Assembly (NCBI GenBank): GCA_963843275.1
Contig: CAWJJM010000012.1
Coordinates: forward strand, 1,519,753-1,583,752
Length of the DNA stretch: 64,000 nucleotides
Reading direction: 5' to 3'
Source: an uncultured Acidobacteriota bacterium
GTDB taxonomy: Bacteria > Acidobacteriota > Thermoanaerobaculia > Multivoradales > JBCCEF01
Positions 62,570 through 64,000 of the stretch are shown one piece after another (positions within the stretch are counted from its first letter, which is position 1; each line of letters begins with the position of its first letter). The translations under genes and the position numbers were made by a program. A model generated the notes under the pieces. It was not told where the DNA came from and ran no database searches. It was given only the letters and a program-made list of their open reading frames with translations.

Positions 62570-63298
62570 TCAGCCGATACGGCGCAGCAACGGCACGGCG
62601 ACGAGCAGCAGCAGGGCGGCGAAGAGCGCCAGACCGCCGGCGCCGAGCGCCGGGATCTCGAGCACGTCGACCGTCGGGGACGCCTCGCCGGTGATGCGGA
62701 TGGTGAGGTTGCTCTGGTCGCCGAAGCCCGCCTGCAGCGTCCAGGAGGCGCCGGGCGCGGCCGCGAGGTCCACGGCGTTGCCGTCGGCGCTGTTGCCGAC
62801 GTCCTGGAAGCCGGCCTGCCAGTTGAAGCACAGGTCGGTCGAGGTGTCGGTCTCGAAGATCTCCGCCCAGTAGGTCCCCGGCTCGAAGTGGACCGCGCCG
62901 AAGGTCGCGGTGAACTCGTACATCGAGATATTGGATTGCAGCAGGGGCGACTGCGCGATCGTCACCGCGGGCTCGGTGATCAGAGCGCCGGGGAGACCGG
63001 AAGCGTCCTCGTGGAAGCGGATCCGGAAGGTCTCCGGATCGCTCGGCGCCTCGGTGTCCTGGTAGACGCCCCAGAAGACGATGGTGTCGACGTCGACGGC
63101 CTGGTCGACGATGAAGTCCTCGGCGCGGGCGGTCGCGCGATGCGGATCCCCGAAGGTGCAGTCGGAGTCCGAAAGGCCGGAGAAGCCGAACGCCGGGGTC
63201 ATCGGGATCTGGTCGACCACCGTCACCTGGGCGGCGGCCGGCGACGCGGCGAAGAGCGAGACGGCGACGGCGGCGACGAGGAGATGCTCGAAGCGCAT
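62570..63298 (-). CDS. Secreted protein with IPTL-CTERM-like C-terminal sorting signal
   Basis: ATG 63298 behind 'AGGAGG' ('MRFEHLLVAAVAVSLFAASPAAAQ'). Beta-rich mature part. The tail is 'VDVLEIPALGAGGLALFAALLLLVAVPLLRRIG'. Confidence 0.8.
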   Translation of the reverse strand: MRFEHLLVAAVAVSLFAASPAAAQVTVVDQIPMTPAFGFSGLSDSDCTFGDPHRATARAEDFIVDQAVDVDTIVFWGVYQDTEAPSDPETFRIRFHEDASGLPGALITEPAVTIAQSPLLQSNISMYEFTATFGAVHFEPGTYWAEIFETDTSTDLCFNWQAGFQDVGNSADGNAVDLAAAPGASWTLQAGFGDQSNLTIRITGEASPTVDVLEIPALGAGGLALFAALLLLVAVPLLRRIG

Positions 63299-63445
63299 CG
63301 GTGTCCTCCTAGGGTGAGGACGCGGATTCTGAGGGAGCCGGAGGGGGGTGTCAATCCTCGCCGTGGCCTGGCGAGGCGAGGAGGACGAGGGCCTTCCTTC
63401 CCCCACTCGGGAACGATCTTCCCGGTTGAGGGGGACCTCGGTACG

Positions 63446-64000
63446 TCAGCCTCGGAAGACGACGTCGCCGTGCCACTCCAAGAGCTCCCGCCCGGGCCGC
63501 TCCTCGGGAGACCGCGGGAAGTCCAGCCGTCGTCCTTCCAAGGGGTAGTAGGGCTCGCCGTTCCCGAATTCGGTCTTCAGCCGGCGGCTGACCCGGAAGC
63601 GGTCGTCAGGAGTGATGGTGACGTAGCCGCGGTCGAAGAGGCGGTGGAGGTCGGAGCGCAGCAGCAGGCCGTTGGCGACCTCGTGGCGCCCGCCTTCGCT
63701 GACCGGACGGATGTGGGCCGCCTCGAGCACGGGGAGGGCCTTCTCCCCCGTCACCAGGCAACGTCGGCGATAGGTATCGGTGATCAGGGAGCGGAAGGTG
63801 CCCTGGCCCAATCGCGGGCGGATCAGGGTGGGCGCTCCCCACATCTCGGCCCGAGCCTCTCCGACCTCGCCGAACGGAACCGCGCGCTGCCGCAACGCAA
63901 CCTCCGCCCACAGGTGGGCCCCGGCCTCTTCGGTGGTGTCGTAGCCCTTGCCGCGGACGATGTTCCTCGAGAAGTCGGCCGGCACCGGCAGCCACTCCGG
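63446..64000 (-). CDS. HNH endonuclease (HNH_2 type), 5' end probably beyond the right edge
   Basis: 'LEAAHIRPVSEGGRHEVANGLLLRSDLHRLFDRGYVTI'. The frame stays open from 63985 to the window end ('PEWLPVPADF'). Confidence 0.8.
   Translation of the reverse strand, partial: PEWLPVPADFSRNIVRGKGYDTTEEAGAHLWAEVALRQRAVPFGEVGEARAEMWGAPTLIRPRLGQGTFRSLITDTYRRRCLVTGEKALPVLEAAHIRPVSEGGRHEVANGLLLRSDLHRLFDRGYVTITPDDRFRVSRRLKTEFGNGEPYYPLEGRRLDFPRSPEERPGRELLEWHGDVVFRG

Noticed and set aside
1-64000. Scan for CRISPR arrays, tRNA/rRNA genes, IS elements, integrases and phage genes.
   Set aside because: I noticed no regularly spaced direct repeats, no cloverleaf-like AT-richer islands, and no transposase (DDE), recombinase or capsid/terminase motifs in any frame. 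The only nuclease-type gene is the HNH endonuclease at the right edge.

Overview
The window is a very GC-rich chromosomal segment from a diderm (Gram-negative-type) bacterium. TonB-dependent receptor, TolC/MFP/RND, lipobox and IPTL-CTERM-like signals support that envelope type. I found no rRNA, tRNA, CRISPR array, transposase or integrase.

Because of the GC content, most very long track ORFs are Arg/Gly/Pro/Ala-rich off-frame or antisense shadows. I called genes only where the translation looks like a natural protein with recognisable motifs, signal peptides, SD sequences or start/stop coupling.

About 55 genes are supportable:
- The 3' end of smc.
- An orphan Sfp-type PPTase convergent with an MbtH-like gene.
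- A CDF metal exporter, a THUMP methyltransferase and an SLC13 permease.
- A leishmanolysin-like/PA-domain secreted protease operon behind a long structured leader.
- An unbroken run of 12 minus-strand genes (18.5-34.3 kb): PaiB, APC permease, MocR regulator, M14 peptidase, a secreted protein, OmpR-type RR, HK, PepSY, TolC, MFP, RND and PAP2.
- A TonB-dependent siderophore-type receptor.
- An ECF sigma/anti-sigma pair divergent from a secreted TPR-CHAT protein.
- A pilin-like/secreted/TraX operon.
- Two VapBC modules.
- Three proteins with IPTL-CTERM-like tails.
- An HNH endonuclease running off the right edge.

Main hunt results:
1. A candidate GEMM-I-type cyclic-dinucleotide riboswitch, with promoter and terminator hairpin, lies upstream of the protease operon. 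It may carry the A20 (cGAMP-type) variant.
2. Gene decay is strikingly local at 46-55.6 kb: a glycogen-debranching-enzyme remnant, a ~3.5 kb surface-protein gene broken by at least six frameshifts, and a frameshifted FG-GAP/ASPIC gene. The frameshifted genes are bracketed by the two VapBC loci.
3. An ECF/anti-sigma/CHAT module.
4. A pilin-like protein co-operonic with a TraX-family protein.
5. A TCS-PepSY-RND-PAP2 operon.

Everything rests on reading the sequence by eye. Family names are motif-based recollections, not search results.
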